Below are positions 36,501-50,600 of a stretch of 64,000 nucleotides of DNA, one piece after another. This stretch comes from Callorhinchus milii. Its lineage: Eukaryota. The stretch lies in the NCBI RefSeq assembly GCF_018977255.1, contig NW_024704746.1:4960001-5024000 (forward strand). The letters run 5' to 3'. Position 1 is the stretch's first letter. Every line of letters begins with the position of its first letter. The notes under the pieces are model-generated. The model did no database searches. It saw only the letters and a list, made by a program, of their open reading frames with translations, and had not been told where the DNA came from. The position numbers and the translations under genes were made by a program.

Positions 36501-38091
36501 ATTAAATAAATAACCTTCCACCATTAGATGGCATAAATAATTATTAACATTAACTGTAACTCTAAATAGGTTTACATCAGTTGTTTTCCACATCATACTT
36601 GTAGTCACAGCACTGAGGGTAGCGTTCAGCCCTGACAGTTCTCACCTGCTGTTATTGCAACACTTGGGACCGTTATTAAAAGGTTCCAGCAGTGAGACTG
36701 AAATACCCCACAGAAAATAACCCAGAAACTCGAGAGCGGAAAGACAGACAGCAAGACAGGAAGCTAGCACAGCAGATGTACATCTGAAAATAACCACACA
36801 GCCAGCTGGCCGGAGGCAAGAGGCCGAGGGGGAGAAATGGGGTGAGACAGACTGAGACTGAGCGTGGAGGGCGAGAGTCAGTGGGGGAGAGTGAGAGACC
36901 AAGGGTGAGGTAGAGGCTGAATGATAAGGGTTTAGTGCAAGAGATTGAGGGGGATAGACTGAAACTCCATTGTCCACAGTAGCCACTGTCTGGTACAGTC
37001 GGGGTCACAGCTCAGAGACATGAGGAACAAGTTTAGCACCAACAGCAGAGTCCTGAAATTCCCCCCAATCTTAGCCTGGGAGACCATTTGCCTTTACAAG
37101 GTATACGATTGTGGAGAATTGTCACATTGTCTGAATTGAGAGCTGGGTTCTTAAAACAAAACCTCCTTCGAGATCAAGACTGGATTTCAGGATTTTCCTA
37201 AGACTGGGCGAATTTCAGGACATGTTTGATTATCTAGAGGGGAATTAACATCAGGGACAGGGTTATCAGGGAGAGTCAAGGCTGGGATACTGGGAATCGT
37301 TTAAGAATCTGCCTGATGCTGTGATCGGGCACGGTGGGGGAATTCTGGAATAATAATAGTCGTTATTCTGTCATGTAGAGTCTCCCTGTATCTTGGCCGA
37401 CAATCCCCCAAATAAAATACATCATCACTTCATGCCAGTTTGTGGGATGTTGCTGTATGCAAAAACCCATTACCCACAAAAACAGTCACTGCACTTTATC
37501 TTGTGAAGATAAGCTTTATCCGGTAAAGTGCTTTGAGACGTCCTCCTGATGTGAATCTGATATCAAATGCAAGGATTATTATTAATTATAATAAGGACCA
37601 TATATGTGATTATCACCGCTATACAATGATTCTCAGCCGGGCCCCACGTTTAGTACATCAAGTCGCTGATTACATAAAGCTCTTTATCATCTCCAATCCT
37701 CTCCCTACTTACGGAACATCGGGGCTCCAGTGACTGGGAATAGGAGAAAAGCCAGTGATAATACACAACCACGCAATTGGTTTAGATGAAGGACATCCCT
37801 CCAGAACACTCACCGTCGCACATTATGGTTACATTGACAAGTATTTGTACTAAATGGACAGTGTAGACAGAGTTTTACTCTGTCTCAAACCCATGCTGTG
37901 GCTGACTTGGGAACGTGGACGGACAATAAAGAGGGAGCTTTACTGTGTCTTTAACCCGTGACCTGGGATTATGCCTGTTCTATCCCCTGATATATTAATG
38001 ATATCCCTCATCTTGAACATGAAAAATATTCACTAAATAAAAGGGGTGGGGATGGGTGGAGCCCAGTCCCTGTGTCTGGGGATACGCTGCC

Positions 38092-38129
38092 ATTTGCATA
38101 CAGCCCTGAGCCTGGCTGCAAGTATAAAG
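38092..38129 (+). promoter_or_regulatory. Ig V promoter of cluster 2: octamer + TATA
   Basis: ATTTGCAT 38092-38099, TATAAAG 38123-38129, ATG at 38179. Confidence 0.9.
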
Positions 38130-38178
38130 CAGTGGCTGAGGGAACGGCAGATTAACAGTGAGAGCTGACGTGGTCACC

Positions 38179-38703
38179 ATGCTGTCCTCTACCCACCTGC
38201 TCCTGCCTGTAGTGTTCTGGCTCGCTGGTAACCGCTCTCTCTCCCCCGCTCCACATGCGCTCTCGCTGCAGAATTAGCTGAGTAACCACAACCTCTAGAG
38301 ACTGTGTGTCTTTGCTGGTGGGAATGAAGTGTGTAAGGATCAGGGCTTGTGATTGCACAGGAAGATTTTGCTGTTAGTTTATCATCTGTTTGTCTTTCTT
38401 CCCCACAGGTGTCAGCGGTGAGATTATAATGACACAGACGCCCTCAATGCTGCCAGTGACTGTCGGTCAAACAGCCACCATCACCTGTAAAGCGAGTAGC
38501 AGCATCAGCAAGTACCTTTCCTGGTATCAACAGAAAGCCGGGGATCGTCCCAAACTTCTCATTTACTATGGAACAACTCTCTATACGGGCACCCCCGCCC
38601 GGTTCAGTGGTCACCAATCCTCCACTACTTTTACAATGACCATCACTGGCGTGCAACCTGAGGATTTTGCTGACTACTACTGTATGCAGAGCTATAGCAA
38701 CCC
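38179..38703 (+). CDS. IGKV: Ig kappa leader + V segment, cluster 2 (unrearranged)
   Basis: Leader 38179..38227, V exon 38409..38703 (EIIMTQTP...[17 protein letters not shown]...[10 protein letters not shown]); open frame. Confidence 0.96.
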
Positions 38704-38731
38704 CACAGTGATACACAGCCCTACAAAAACC
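38704..38731 (+). promoter_or_regulatory. 12-spacer RSS of V2
   Basis: CACAGTG-ATACACAGCCCT-ACAAAAACC, a perfect consensus. Confidence 0.97.
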
Positions 38732-39502
38732 TCACACACACTGCTTCCTGCCTTCACACACACTCACTCATAGGCTCACAAACTCTCACACAGACTCACT
38801 CGTATTTATTCACACTTAACAATTATAGCTCACTCAAACTCAACATTTATAGATATACACACACACTCAAAACATATTCACACACACTCACACAACACAC
38901 AAATGCACACTTGCTCTGACAAACACACAGACAGCCATCACACAGTCCCGATACAGGTACAGGCAGAAACAGCCCAAGCTGCTGGTTGCTATAATGTTGT
39001 CACGACATGTTTCACCAGTTTCGAATTTCCTAGTAAAACAGTTATTTAACATAGAACGTTACACAGTTACATCCTACACACTTCACCAAGTGCTTTATGT
39101 AATTCCACCTCCCCCCCCCCTCACTGCCTACAAGGTTTCATATTGTTGCTCTTCAAATCATCAACTTACGAAGGGGGATAATTGTGGAAGCCCTTTAACC
39201 CAATCTAAGTTTTGAAGTTGGTTTCGTTTGAAGAAACGGGGAAAAAAAAATTCAGAATGGATTTTCCATCACTGCTCCACCTTAATACAACAACTTGTAT
39301 TTTTCCAGTGCCCTTCATATAGGTTAGCGTATTTCACCTACAAATACACAGTCACTACACTTTACAATATATCCTGTGAGATGTCCTCCCCGTGTGAAAG
39401 GCGAGGATTATTTTATTAAACCTTGGTAAGCAGGCTGTACATTTCCCCAGTACAGTATGTGTGTGTGGGGAAGGGGGCAGTCAATGGGGGAGGATGAGGC
39501 TG

Positions 39503-39541
39503 AGATATTGCACAGACGGCACATTGTAATGTAATACTGTG
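39503..39541 (-). promoter_or_regulatory. 23-spacer RSS of J2 (non-consensus)
   Basis: Minus strand CACAGTA + 23 nt + GCAATATCT. Confidence 0.8.
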
Positions 39542-39576
39542 GTGGTCGTTCGGCAAAGGAACAAAATTGGTTCTGA
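39542..39576 (+). CDS. IGKJ: Ig kappa J segment, cluster 2 (WSFGKGTKLVL)
   Basis: FGxGT motif, GTGAGT donor at 39577 in phase 1. Confidence 0.93.
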
Positions 39577-40913
39577 GTGAGTATATGGCAGACACCCTTT
39601 CTTTAACTCTTTAAACCCCGAAGCAAAGCAAAACTCCCTAACCCAGCAGAATGTTTACATCAAGGATTTTACTTATTCTAACAACAATAATCCATTTCAT
39701 ATTGTGTTTATCACATCATTGTAGCATCTCATACCAGTTCACAAGATTTACTGTGAAATGTAGTGACTGAATATTTTGTAGGCAAACGCGGCAGACAATT
39801 TGCACATCAGCAACATCCCACAAACAGCCGTGAAGTGAGTGACCAATTTTATTCAGAGTATTGTTAGCCAGGACACGAGAAACTCCTCTTTTTCAATTGC
39901 GCCGAGGGCTATTTGATATGACATGAAGGAAGGCAGGTCTGCCAATGTAGTGCTCCTCCAGCACTGGGCTGTAACCTTCACAGGGATGACGGAACTAGCT
40001 CAGTAAAACCAGAAATGAGAGAGCAGCTTTTAAAGTGGGACAGAATAAAATAATAATACTGGCATTTGATATAGCGCCATATATCGTCTTTTTGAGATGT
40101 TTCAAATTGTTTCACAAAATGTATTGGAAAATTAATTGATTTATGTTTTATGCGCCAAGCGTAGCAGCCAACTGCATGCTGGCGTGTCTCACAAACACTT
40201 GTGGATTGAATGACCAAATTGTTATAGCTTTTTTTTCCTTGAGGGATTATTATCAGGTATGTAGAGTAAGCAAACTTTCCCAAGGATTCACCCTGCAAGG
40301 AATCGAACCCAGGTCTCTCACTTCCAAAGCTGGTGCTCTAACCACTGAGCTACAGGACTCCACGGTCCTGGTTACATGCAACTCATTTTGAGACTGGTTC
40401 CTCTAATCACTGGATAACTTGTTTATTCATATATTTTTGGTGGGATTATTACCCCCGGAAAAGTGATTGAGTAACAACCAGTTCCTATTAATGCTAGGTA
40501 AACAGGCGTATGGAGCAAGGAAACTTGCCCAACATTTCACCCTGCTCGGGAATCAAACCCAGATCCTTTTGAGAAGCGAGTGCTCTAACCACTAAGTTAG
40601 GGTGAGGGCAGAAATCAGACGGACGTTTTCAAACTGCTGTGTGGTTTCACAGAGTAAATGGAGGGTATTTCTGCCAATCGGCTAGTCACGATCAAGTCGA
40701 GTAGTTAAGGATTATCACCAGAGGTTTTACACGAATGAATTTAGATTGTGGAACAAATGGTCGTAATGGTTTAAGGAAACATTATTTTAAGGTTTATAGG
40801 GAAAAACAGAATGGGATTAGAGAAGAGAGCTCCAGTGGGGAGTGAGTACCAGCACAGACACAATGGGGAGAGAGCAGGGGATGGGGTAGAGAGCTCCAGA
40901 GGGCAGAGAGTAC

Positions 40914-41237
40914 ATAATAATAATAATCCTTGCATTTAATATAGCACTTTTCACGTCGGGAGGATGTCCCAAAGCGCTTCAGAGAACACACTGTAAAGTG
41001 AATTGACTGTATATTTGTGGGAGAACGCGGCAGCCAATTGTGCACAGCAATGTCCCACAAACAGTCGTAGATTGAAAATGACCAATTTTTTTTATTGTTT
41101 TTGGTTTTGGAGGGATTATTATTAGGCTCTGTGTGGAGTAAGGAAACTTGCCCAAGGTTTCGCCCTCTGCCTGGAAATGAACTCAGGTCTCTTGCTTGCA
41201 AAGCGAGTGCTCTAACCACTGAGCTACAGGACTCCAC
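40914..41237 (-). mobile_element. tRNA-derived DeuSINE-like SINE, young copy in the cluster-2 J-C intron
   Basis: Closely matches the copy at 160-487, including the AGAGCCTAATAATAATCCCTCCAAAACC segment; absent at the homologous position of cluster 1. Confidence 0.85.
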
Positions 41238-42603
41238 GATACATCTGGGTATCAGCTGCGTTGTCAGAGTTGTTGTCCTTCAAATTAGACATTAAACAGA
41301 GCGACTGTTCAGGTGGAAATTAACAAGCTCTATTTGAAGAGAGAAGGGAGTTTTTCTCTCCAGGTGTCCTGGCCAACAATCCCCCACATGAAATCATGGC
41401 TGTTTGGTGGGACACCGCTGTGCGCAAATTGGTTGCGGTGTTCACGCACAATGACAGCACTTTAGCGTCAATCCATGAAGCGCGTTGAGACGATGTCCCG
41501 ACATGAATCAATTGTAAGGCTCGTTGTTACCATGTCTCCGGCTGTTTGTTAATCAGGTGTTTGCGGTCCATGGATTTAAGGTTTAATTTATAACCAAGGG
41601 AATAATATTTTATATTTAATTCGTAGATTATATAATAATTTATTTATATTTAAGAATAATTTATATTTAAATGTTGAGCAGAATACCTGCCGTGGGGGTC
41701 TGTCTGTGGGGGCATTTGAGTGGTTAAACCTCGCCTGGGCTCCCAGTCTTCACAGTCACTCCAGCCTCACAGTGTTAAAGGGTCGCCTCTGCCCCAATGG
41801 TTTAACAGTCTGTGACACAAACTAAATGGAGACTTTCTGCGGAGCGTCGACAAGGTTTTTAAACGTTAAGCAATAGCGTCAGTCACTATCCCGAGAGCCC
41901 GGGGGGAAAGTTATTTACAGAGGGGGGGAAAGACACATTATACGGTAGAGGCGCTCACCTTTAAATGGCCCAAATCCCTCAGGAACGAGTACTGACTGCG
42001 ATCACGAGCTGGTCCCAGCCTGGGCTGCCCTCACATACGTGTAGAGTTCGTGGCAATTTCTCAACCTCCCGTCACACGGAGAGTCACACACCATCATCTC
42101 ACTGATACACTCCAACTCACACTGACACAGTCACACACACACAGTCACAGCACAAACACACGCACACAATCATGCACAACCACACGTGGACACAGACTCG
42201 GTGCAGCAGCTGCCCAACAGGTGAAGATGTCAGTCAGTGAGTGGCTGTGGCTGTCACTCACACACACAGTCACTCTCTGACTATTCAGAATGTGACGGCA
42301 ATTGACTTCCTGTGTTGTGATTGGTTGTTTCTGTGTTTAAGCGGATACTAATCTGTCAGTCACTGCTGTGTGTGTGTGTCACTGCTGTGTGTGTGTGTCA
42401 GTCACTGCTGTGTGTGTGTCACTGTGCTGTGCGTCACTGCTGTGTGTGTGTCCGTCAAGATCTGTGGGAACATGTATGTTTGAGTAATTGTGTGAGCGCA
42501 CATGGCTGTGTTCGTCAGTGTGTTAGTGTCACTGCTGTGTGTGTGTGTGACTATTGACCTGTCGGTGTCTGATGTGAATCGAACGTGTTGCTGTGTCCCA
42601 CAG

Positions 42604-42929
42604 ACAGAGACGTGGCTAAGCCGGTGTTGACTTTACTGCCGCCCTCGACTGAGGAGATATCTAAGGGCACGGCCACGCTGCTCTGCCTGGCCAACCACTT
42701 CTTCCCCGACACTCTGCAGTTGGTTTGGCAGAAGGACATGGTGACGGTGACCGACGGAGTCAAGACCAGCGGCTCAGTGACGGGCTCGGACCACAGTTAC
42801 AGTGTGAGCAGCACCTTAACCCTGCCCGCACAGGTCTGGGCCTCGGACGCCCGCTTCTCCTGTGTCGTCACACACGAAAGCCTCACGGGCCCCCTCACAC
42901 AGACCATCAGGGCAACCGAGTGCGTGTAG
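42604..42929 (+). CDS. IGKC: Ig kappa constant exon, cluster 2
   Basis: Phase-1 acceptor; protein identical to the cluster-1 C except FFPDT vs FFPNT. Confidence 0.93.
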
Positions 42930-43279
42930 TGACTGTCAATGTCACAGACACCAGCCGGAAGATACAGGGAGAATGAGGCGGGGGTGGCTACAGTCATCCC
43001 CGTCTCTCTGACGTGTTCAAATCCCCCCCCCCCCCACGCACCCACACACATATAGTCTGTAAGCGCTCTTAGATGCTACCCTGCATGAGGGCGCTATGTA
43101 AATGCAAGTTGTTATTGTTGAGTAACTGAAGCCCAGAGCGAGCACATCCGCCCTACTGCTGCCCCGCTCACACTCCCCCTGTGCTGGCTTCAGGCCTCTC
43201 TCGCAGGCAGCTCGGCTCAGACTCTCAGTTGCTCATTGTATGCCTTTCCCTCTCTGTAAACACCCGGTCGCGTTGAGAA

Positions 43280-43290
43280 AATAAAATAAA
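43280..43290 (+). terminator. Tandem AATAAA polyadenylation signal of cluster 2
   Basis: AATAAAATAAA ~350 nt after the stop. Confidence 0.65.
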
Positions 43291-46200
43291 AAAACTTTCA
43301 ATCGTCGGCAGTGGCTGCTGTTCATTCATGTTTGAGGCTCGGTCAGGGTTGGGGGGGGGGTCACAGTGGAGTCTGACATCTTCATTTTTAAACAGTGCTA
43401 TTGGAAAAGAGAAGGGAATTTCTCTCTCCCCGGGGCTTGGCTGACAATCCCCCAGATACAATTGATCACTCACTTTACGGCTGTTTGTGGGACGCTGCTA
43501 TGTGTAAATATGGCTGTCACGTTTCACCGACAAAATACACAGTGACTCCACTTTACAGTATATCTTGTTAAGCGCTTTGAGACCACATTCCGAATGATAA
43601 GACGCTATAATTGGTCACTCATCTCACGGATATTTGTGGACATTGCTATGTGCAAATTGGCTGCTGCATTTGTTCACAAACACACAGTTATTGCACTTCA
43701 CAGTATATCTTGTGAAGCGCTTTGAGACTTCTTGACGATATAATGCTCTCTATCAAATGTAAGGATTATTGTAAATTATGGGGGAGAGAAGAGGTGAGAA
43801 TAAACTGTGAGGCACAGGTGATATCTCTACCCGTCTCTGGCTTCCCTGAGGGAAACTGCAGCAATTTCAACCCAAACACACAAAGCCTTGGACTTTGTCA
43901 GATTTTTATTAATTCCACTTTTGCCCATTTTACAACAATTTCCAACAAGAACCAACATCAGAGGCAACTGTACCCAGTGCGGCTCAGTTTAGCTCCCGCC
44001 CCGACCACGCCACAGGCAGGACTGAAGCTTTGGGATGTCAGGTTTGTCCGACCATCCCAGTATGTTCCCCTCACCCCCCGGCTAATAGCGGTGGCCTCTG
44101 GGTAGTGCTGGTAACAGAGCTCCCCCCCACCCTTTGCTCTCTCCCCACCATCCACGCTCTCACTTACCCCACCACCCTCATGCCCTCCCCACCCACCCTC
44201 TTCACTCTTCCCACCCTCCCAATCCCCAACTCTTCCCCTCACTCTTCTACCCACCATCGCTCTCTCCCCCCCAATCCTCGCTCTCTCTTGCCCCTCTATC
44301 CCTCGCTCGGCCCTCTACCAATCCCAATCCCCACCCCTGGCCGTCTCCCACCCACATTTGGGTGTATCTTCCCCCTGACCCTCACTTTCCCTACCAGCCC
44401 TCCAGCGCTCTTCCCTTGTAGCTGTGATGGACAGCCTCTCCTTGACGCAGATTCACCAGAATTATACCAGGGTGTGAGCTACTTAAGGGTTAATCGAAAT
44501 AGGGTGAATATTTGGATTCATGGAGAGGGGTCACAGGTGTTCAGAGCCAGATAGTCTGTTGAATTTGTTAGATTGAGATATCAATCTGTTTATCTCTGTT
44601 AAGATGTAAAAATGCTGATTAAATGTTTTTGGTTTATGGCTTCTTTGTTAGATTTTTTGAGTTATGGTCCTTTCGGAGCCTTTTAGTCTGAACAATGGTT
44701 AACGGTTGAGTTAATGAGTTTTCTGTTTTCGAACTGTCAAAGTACGAAGGATTTATTTATTCTCACCCAGAGATAAGATATTGTGACAAGAGCTTAAAGG
44801 GTTAAATTATGAGGACAAGTTGCATAAACTTGGCTTGTATTCCCTGGAGTTTAGAAAGTAGAGGTGATTTGATTGAGGTCTAACAGAGTGTGGAGGAAGG
44901 AAACTTGCCAGGGTTTCACCCTGCCCGAGAATCGAACCCGAGTCCTCTGCTTGCGCGATGAACGCGTAAAACACTACCCTACACGACTCCACAGCTCTAT
45001 CCACTTTACGTTAATGCCACGACTCTTGATATTGTTTCCTTATCCAGTACCTTATCAAAGGCTTTCTAAATCTCAAACGTTCACCACATTTCCTTCATCT
45101 TTGCTGTTACCTCCTCAGAAAATTCTGCTCGATTAGTTAAACGCAATCCATGCTTAATAAACGTTATTCTTCCCTAAATGTTTGTCAAAAATATTATTTA
45201 AAATCAACTCCTAACAACATTTTTGAATCAGATGTGTCCAAACGTTCAGAGGAAGCTAGACCTTCACATGAAGGAGAAGGGAACAGAAGGGTGTGGGAGG
45301 GAGTAAGAAATGGGTGAAAACTGGTGTGAGTATAAACACCGGCATGTGGGCTGAGTGGTCTGTTTCCGTACTGCACATTCTTTGCAAATCTTTGTAATTT
45401 GGCCAGTTGAGACTAACCGGCCTGCAGTCTCCAGGTTTATCTCAATCCCCAGTTTCTAATCAATGGCATGACATTGACATTTGACATGCTGCAAGCTGGA
45501 ATGCATTGCCTGTAAGGGTGGTGGAAGGCAATTCGATAACACGTTTTTCAAGAGAGAATTAGATAGATATTTGGGGAGCACAAGTTTGCAGGGTTATGGG
45601 GAGAGAACGGGTGAATGGAATTGATTTGGATAGTTCTTTTCAAAGAGCTGGCACAGACACGATGGGTCAAATGACCTCTTTCTGTGCTGTATAATTCTAT
45701 GATTCTTTGAAGCTTTTCCTGGGTTTTAACAACATTAGAAAAATTTCAGTCTGAACTCCCACTACTGAAATCTTCCTTAACACTGCCTTACCATGGGAAT
45801 GTGTGTGTGTGAGGGGGTGTTTAGAATAATAATAATAATCCTTGCATTTAATATGGTGCTTTTCACGTCTTCTAGATCTCTCAAAGGCGCTTCACAGAAT
45901 ATACTGTAAAGTGAATTGACTGTATATTTGTGGGCGAAACACGGCAGCCAATTGCACACAGCAGTGTCCCACAAACAGTCGTGGATTGAGTGACCAAATT
46001 GTTATTGTTTTTTTTCTTGAGGGATTATTATCAGGCGTGTGAAGTAAGGAAACTTGCCCAAGTTTTCAACCTGCCAGGAATCAACCCCAGGTCTCTCTCT
46101 TGCAAAGCTAGTATTCCAACCACTGAGCTACAGGATTCCACAGTCCTGGTTACATCCAATTCATTTGAGACTGGTTCCTCTAATCACTGGATATAAAGCA

Positions 46201-47695
46201 CCTATGGAATGAATTCAGAGTATCTTATCAAATAATTTCTCGCCTACTCTTTCCACTGCCCTGCTACCTAATGCAGAGTCCAGTCAATAGAAATCAGTAA
46301 GGAAACTGTCACAGAAATACATATTTGAAGTTTCTCCAGTAGTTTGTGTGTATGTGAAGGTGTGCGTGCGTGTGTGTATGTGCGTGTTTGTGACTGGTAT
46401 GTGGGAGGGGTGTTTTTGTGTGTGTGTGAGGGTGTTTGTGTGCGTATCTAAGTGTCTGTGTGTCTGTGCCTGCTACCCAATAATTGTAGCAGGCAGATTC
46501 CAGTTGATTTGGACAGTTAATTTCCCCACAGAGGGCCAATTGTACTGACTGGGAAAAAAAATTCAATGTCATTTTCAGAAATGCTCCCCTCGCTTCCAAC
46601 ACTGACATGCAGTAATGACACTTTTCCATCTCTCAGTGTTGGCAGCCTGCTTAGAATCATAGAATCTTACAGCACAGAAGGAGGCCATTCGTCCCATCCT
46701 GCCTATGCGAGCTCTTTGAAAGAGCTACCAACTAGTCCCACTCGCCCGCTCTAACTGCATAGCCCTGCAAATGTTTCCTTTTAAAGTACCTATCTACAAC
46801 AATAACAACAACAAAATTATTTGTATTCGCCCTTCATGTCGGCAGGACGTCCCAAGGCGTGGGATAGAGTCCCAGGGGTAGGAGCAGAGTGGCAGAAGAT
46901 CCTCCTACCGAGGGTGGGGCAGGCGAGGTGGGGGACGTGAAGCAGGCTGAATCCCTCTAAGTGGAGGGAAAAGGCAGGATGGTAGGGGGTTAGGAAATCG
47001 CAGAGGTGGGAGGGAGCAAAGCCATGGAGGGCTTTGAAGGTGAGGACCTGGATCTTGAACTGTATACTCTGTGTGATGGGAAGCCAGTGGAGTCAGGCGA
47101 GGATGGGGTTGATAGGGTCACAGAGCCTGGTGCGGGAGAAGACACTGGCTATAGAGTTCTGGATGACCTGCAGCCTATGGAGGGAGGAGTTCAAAATGTT
47201 GGACAATACCTTGTCCAACTATTCTTTTCCTGTGATGATAACAAGCCAATTTTTTAAGCTTTATATTAGACCTAATGCTTTGTTAACAAACAGCGCTCTA
47301 GTTGTGGGTCCAGCCTATTTGAGTAACCAGTGATCATGATTCACTTTTACAATAGGGAGTTGATCATTATTTCACCCACAAAAAACACAGTCAATCCATT
47401 TTACACATATTCTGTGAAGCACTTTGAGTCGTCTCAACGATGTGTTAAGACGCTATATCAAATGCAAGGATTATTATTATCATGCTCCTCTACTGAGCAG
47501 CAGACTGGAGAGGGACAGAACGTCACAACAGTTACTAGTATCCCAGATTAATATCAGTACATTTGTCAGGTTTAGATAGTCAGTAACAAAAGCTATTTTA
47601 TACAGTGACCATAAAGGTTACAGTGAATATGTACTTCGAAATGCACCGTGATCCAGTTGTTTGCATTATCTGCTCCAAGTCCTGGTCTGACTCCT

Positions 47696-50600
47696 TTAAG
47701 CCTCTTTCACCTCAGCCAAGCTGTTGAAATAAGACACAATCAGTGCAGATGATGCTCTCATTATCAGGGTCATATATATATACATACATACACATATACA
47801 TAGGAACAGGAGTAGGCCATTCTATTAGATCATGGCTGATCTGTACCTCAATTCCAAATACCTGCCTTTGCCCTGTAATATATTATAATATATTACATAT
47901 ACAGCAAGCCCCAGCATTAACCATCTTATAGAGAGTAATAGTGTAATCCTTCCTCACAGCTCAAATAAGACTATATTCCAGCAACCTACTAACAGTGACA
48001 GTGTATCTTTTTCCTCACAGCATGATCCTGAATAATTATATACTTCTCCCCGCATGGACAGAAAGCAGTTGGCAGTAATAATTTAAGCCTTCCTGCAGTG
48101 TTCCACAAATAGTCGTGGTTTGAGTGAGGGATTATTACCCCCGGAAAGCAATCTGCCAATCGACTAAAGAACCGGGTTCCCACTTACTGCTAGGTAAATA
48201 AAGACGTGTGGAATAAGGAAACTTTTGCCCCACCTGGGAATCGAACCCAGATCGTCTTGTTTGCGAGGCGAGTGCACTAACAGTACTCCAATGCCTTTGT
48301 AATGTCACTGGCAGTGAGAGGGGATCTGTAAGGTTACTTACCTGGGTAAAAATGATCTCTTGGCTCGGAGGTCCAAAGGATAACTGCGTTAAAAGAGTTG
48401 GTTAGAAATGGTGAGAATAGCAATCCACATCAAGTTAGGTATTGGGATGTGCGCACACACAGCGACAGGTGGGAGCAACCTTCACAGAACATAAAATAGG
48501 GAAGGAAGAGGAGGGTCTTGAGCCGGGAGGAGTAAGGCAGTTGAGGGGTTTGTAAGCGAGGACGCAGATTTTGAACTCTATACTTTCAGGGATGGGCAGG
48601 ATGTGGGGCCGGGCGAGGGTGAGGTGTTAGGGTTACAGAACTTGGACACGAGCTGCAGAGGTCTGAATAAACTGCAGTTTGTGGAGGGAAGAGTTAGGAA
48701 GGCCGACAAGCAGGGCATTAGCATAACCTATCTGGTTTGGAGCATCCGTACACACACACGCACACATACACACACACACACACAGCGGGGGTACAGGAAT
48801 ACTCCCACAGTACATATTGTAAATAGCTGACACTGAAGTAGCCCCTAGTAGTATTCCAGGTTAATAAATAGTTAATTTCATCACATAGTTTTGGATGAGG
48901 AAGGCACTTTGATCTCCTCCTTCCAGCATAACCACTTTTCCATCCTTCCGATTACAGATTCAAAGTGTTACCTAAATGTATCCCAGTGTCTCTAACCCCT
49001 TCCTAGGAAACCGTGTCCAGCTGTTAGTCACTCTCAGTGTAAGGACACCCAATGCAAGCATGAGAGAAGGGAATATATGGAGGGGGGAGGCCAGGGAGGA
49101 GCCGGTCGAGCGGAGGCAACGGGTAGTGGAATGAGTATTTTAAAAAGAAAAAAGCTGTCTTATTTGGAAACTTCTGAACGGTGGGACTTACGGAGTCGTG
49201 AGGCCTTGGTTTGATAGAGAGAAGTGTGAGAAAGACTTTGAGCTATCGTAGCTGGACTCTGAACAAAAAAAAAGGAAAGATTAGTGCAACAGCAAAGGCA
49301 GCCAATTGCACACAGCGGGGTCCCACCAACAGTCGTGGATTGAATGACCAAATTATTTATTTATTTATTTGAAGGGATTAGTACCCTCGGAAAGTGATCC
49401 GCCAATCAACAAACAACCAGGTTGCTACTTATTGCTAGATAAATATAGGGCTGTAAAGTAAGGAAACTTGTCTAATGAATCAAACCTGTGTCCTCTCACT
49501 TGCGAGGCGAGCCCACTAACCACTACGCTCTGGGACTCCACGATATGCAGTAAAGTCATTACATCAGCACAAACATGGCTCAGGAGATCACTAGGAGTGT
49601 GCGGATGGAGTGACTGTGTCCACAATCGATGGCCATGCTGCACAGTCTTACCAAGAATAGAGTCCTTTGTGAATGGGATGATCAGCTGATATCCTTTTGT
49701 CAATGTGAAGCGGATTATAGAGCCATCACCTGCGACATACACCAGAAGTGAGGTTAGAAAATGAGCTTGAGGGCTTGGGCGCTCTCTCATACTCACACAT
49801 ACTCACAGACTACATACACACACAGCGCGCAAACACATAGACACAGAGCGTGCACACAGACACAGAGCATACACACACACACACACGCTGACACAGAGTG
49901 TGCATACACACGCTGACACAGAGTGTGCATACACACGCTGACACAGAGCATGCATACATACATAACACTGACACAGCATGCACACAGACGAGAACATGCA
50001 TATACACACACAGACACAACGTGCACACACACACACACATGTATTCATATAGTGCCCTTTATGACGGGCAGTGTCTCGGAGCGCTCAACAGTAGTGGATT
50101 ACGACACTGAGCCGGGGGGAGGGGGAAGATGGAGGTGCCTGTAGACCCGGTCGAAGAGAAAGGTCTTCAGTCATGATCTATAAAAGCGGAAGGTGGGGCA
50201 AGGTGGTGGGATTGAGGGAGAGAGTTCCAGAATTTCGGGGCATAGTGGCTGAAAGCCCGGCCATTAATGGTGGAGCGGAGGGCACGAGGGACAAGCAAGA
50301 GGCCGGAGCCAGTCAGGCGGATGTAACAGGCAGTGGAGTGGGAAAAAAGCAGGTCAGAGAGGTAGGGAGGTGCCAGGGAATGAAGGGATTTGCTGAGAGT
50401 GAGAGGATTTTGAAATCAATCCGTTCGGTGATAGGAAGCCAGTGGAGTCTGGTGAGGACTGGTGTGATGGGGGTACAGAGTTTAGTGTGGGTGAGAATAC
50501 AGGCGGCGGAATTCTGAATCAGTTGTAGTTTGTGAGTAGTGAGCTGGGGAGACTGGCGAGGCCATTGGAATAGTCGAGGCGAGAGGTGACGAAGGCATGG

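Larger units (their letters stand above)
36605..44110. repeat. Right arm of the inverted segmental duplication
   Basis: Reverse complement of ~9380-17005. Confidence 0.93.
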
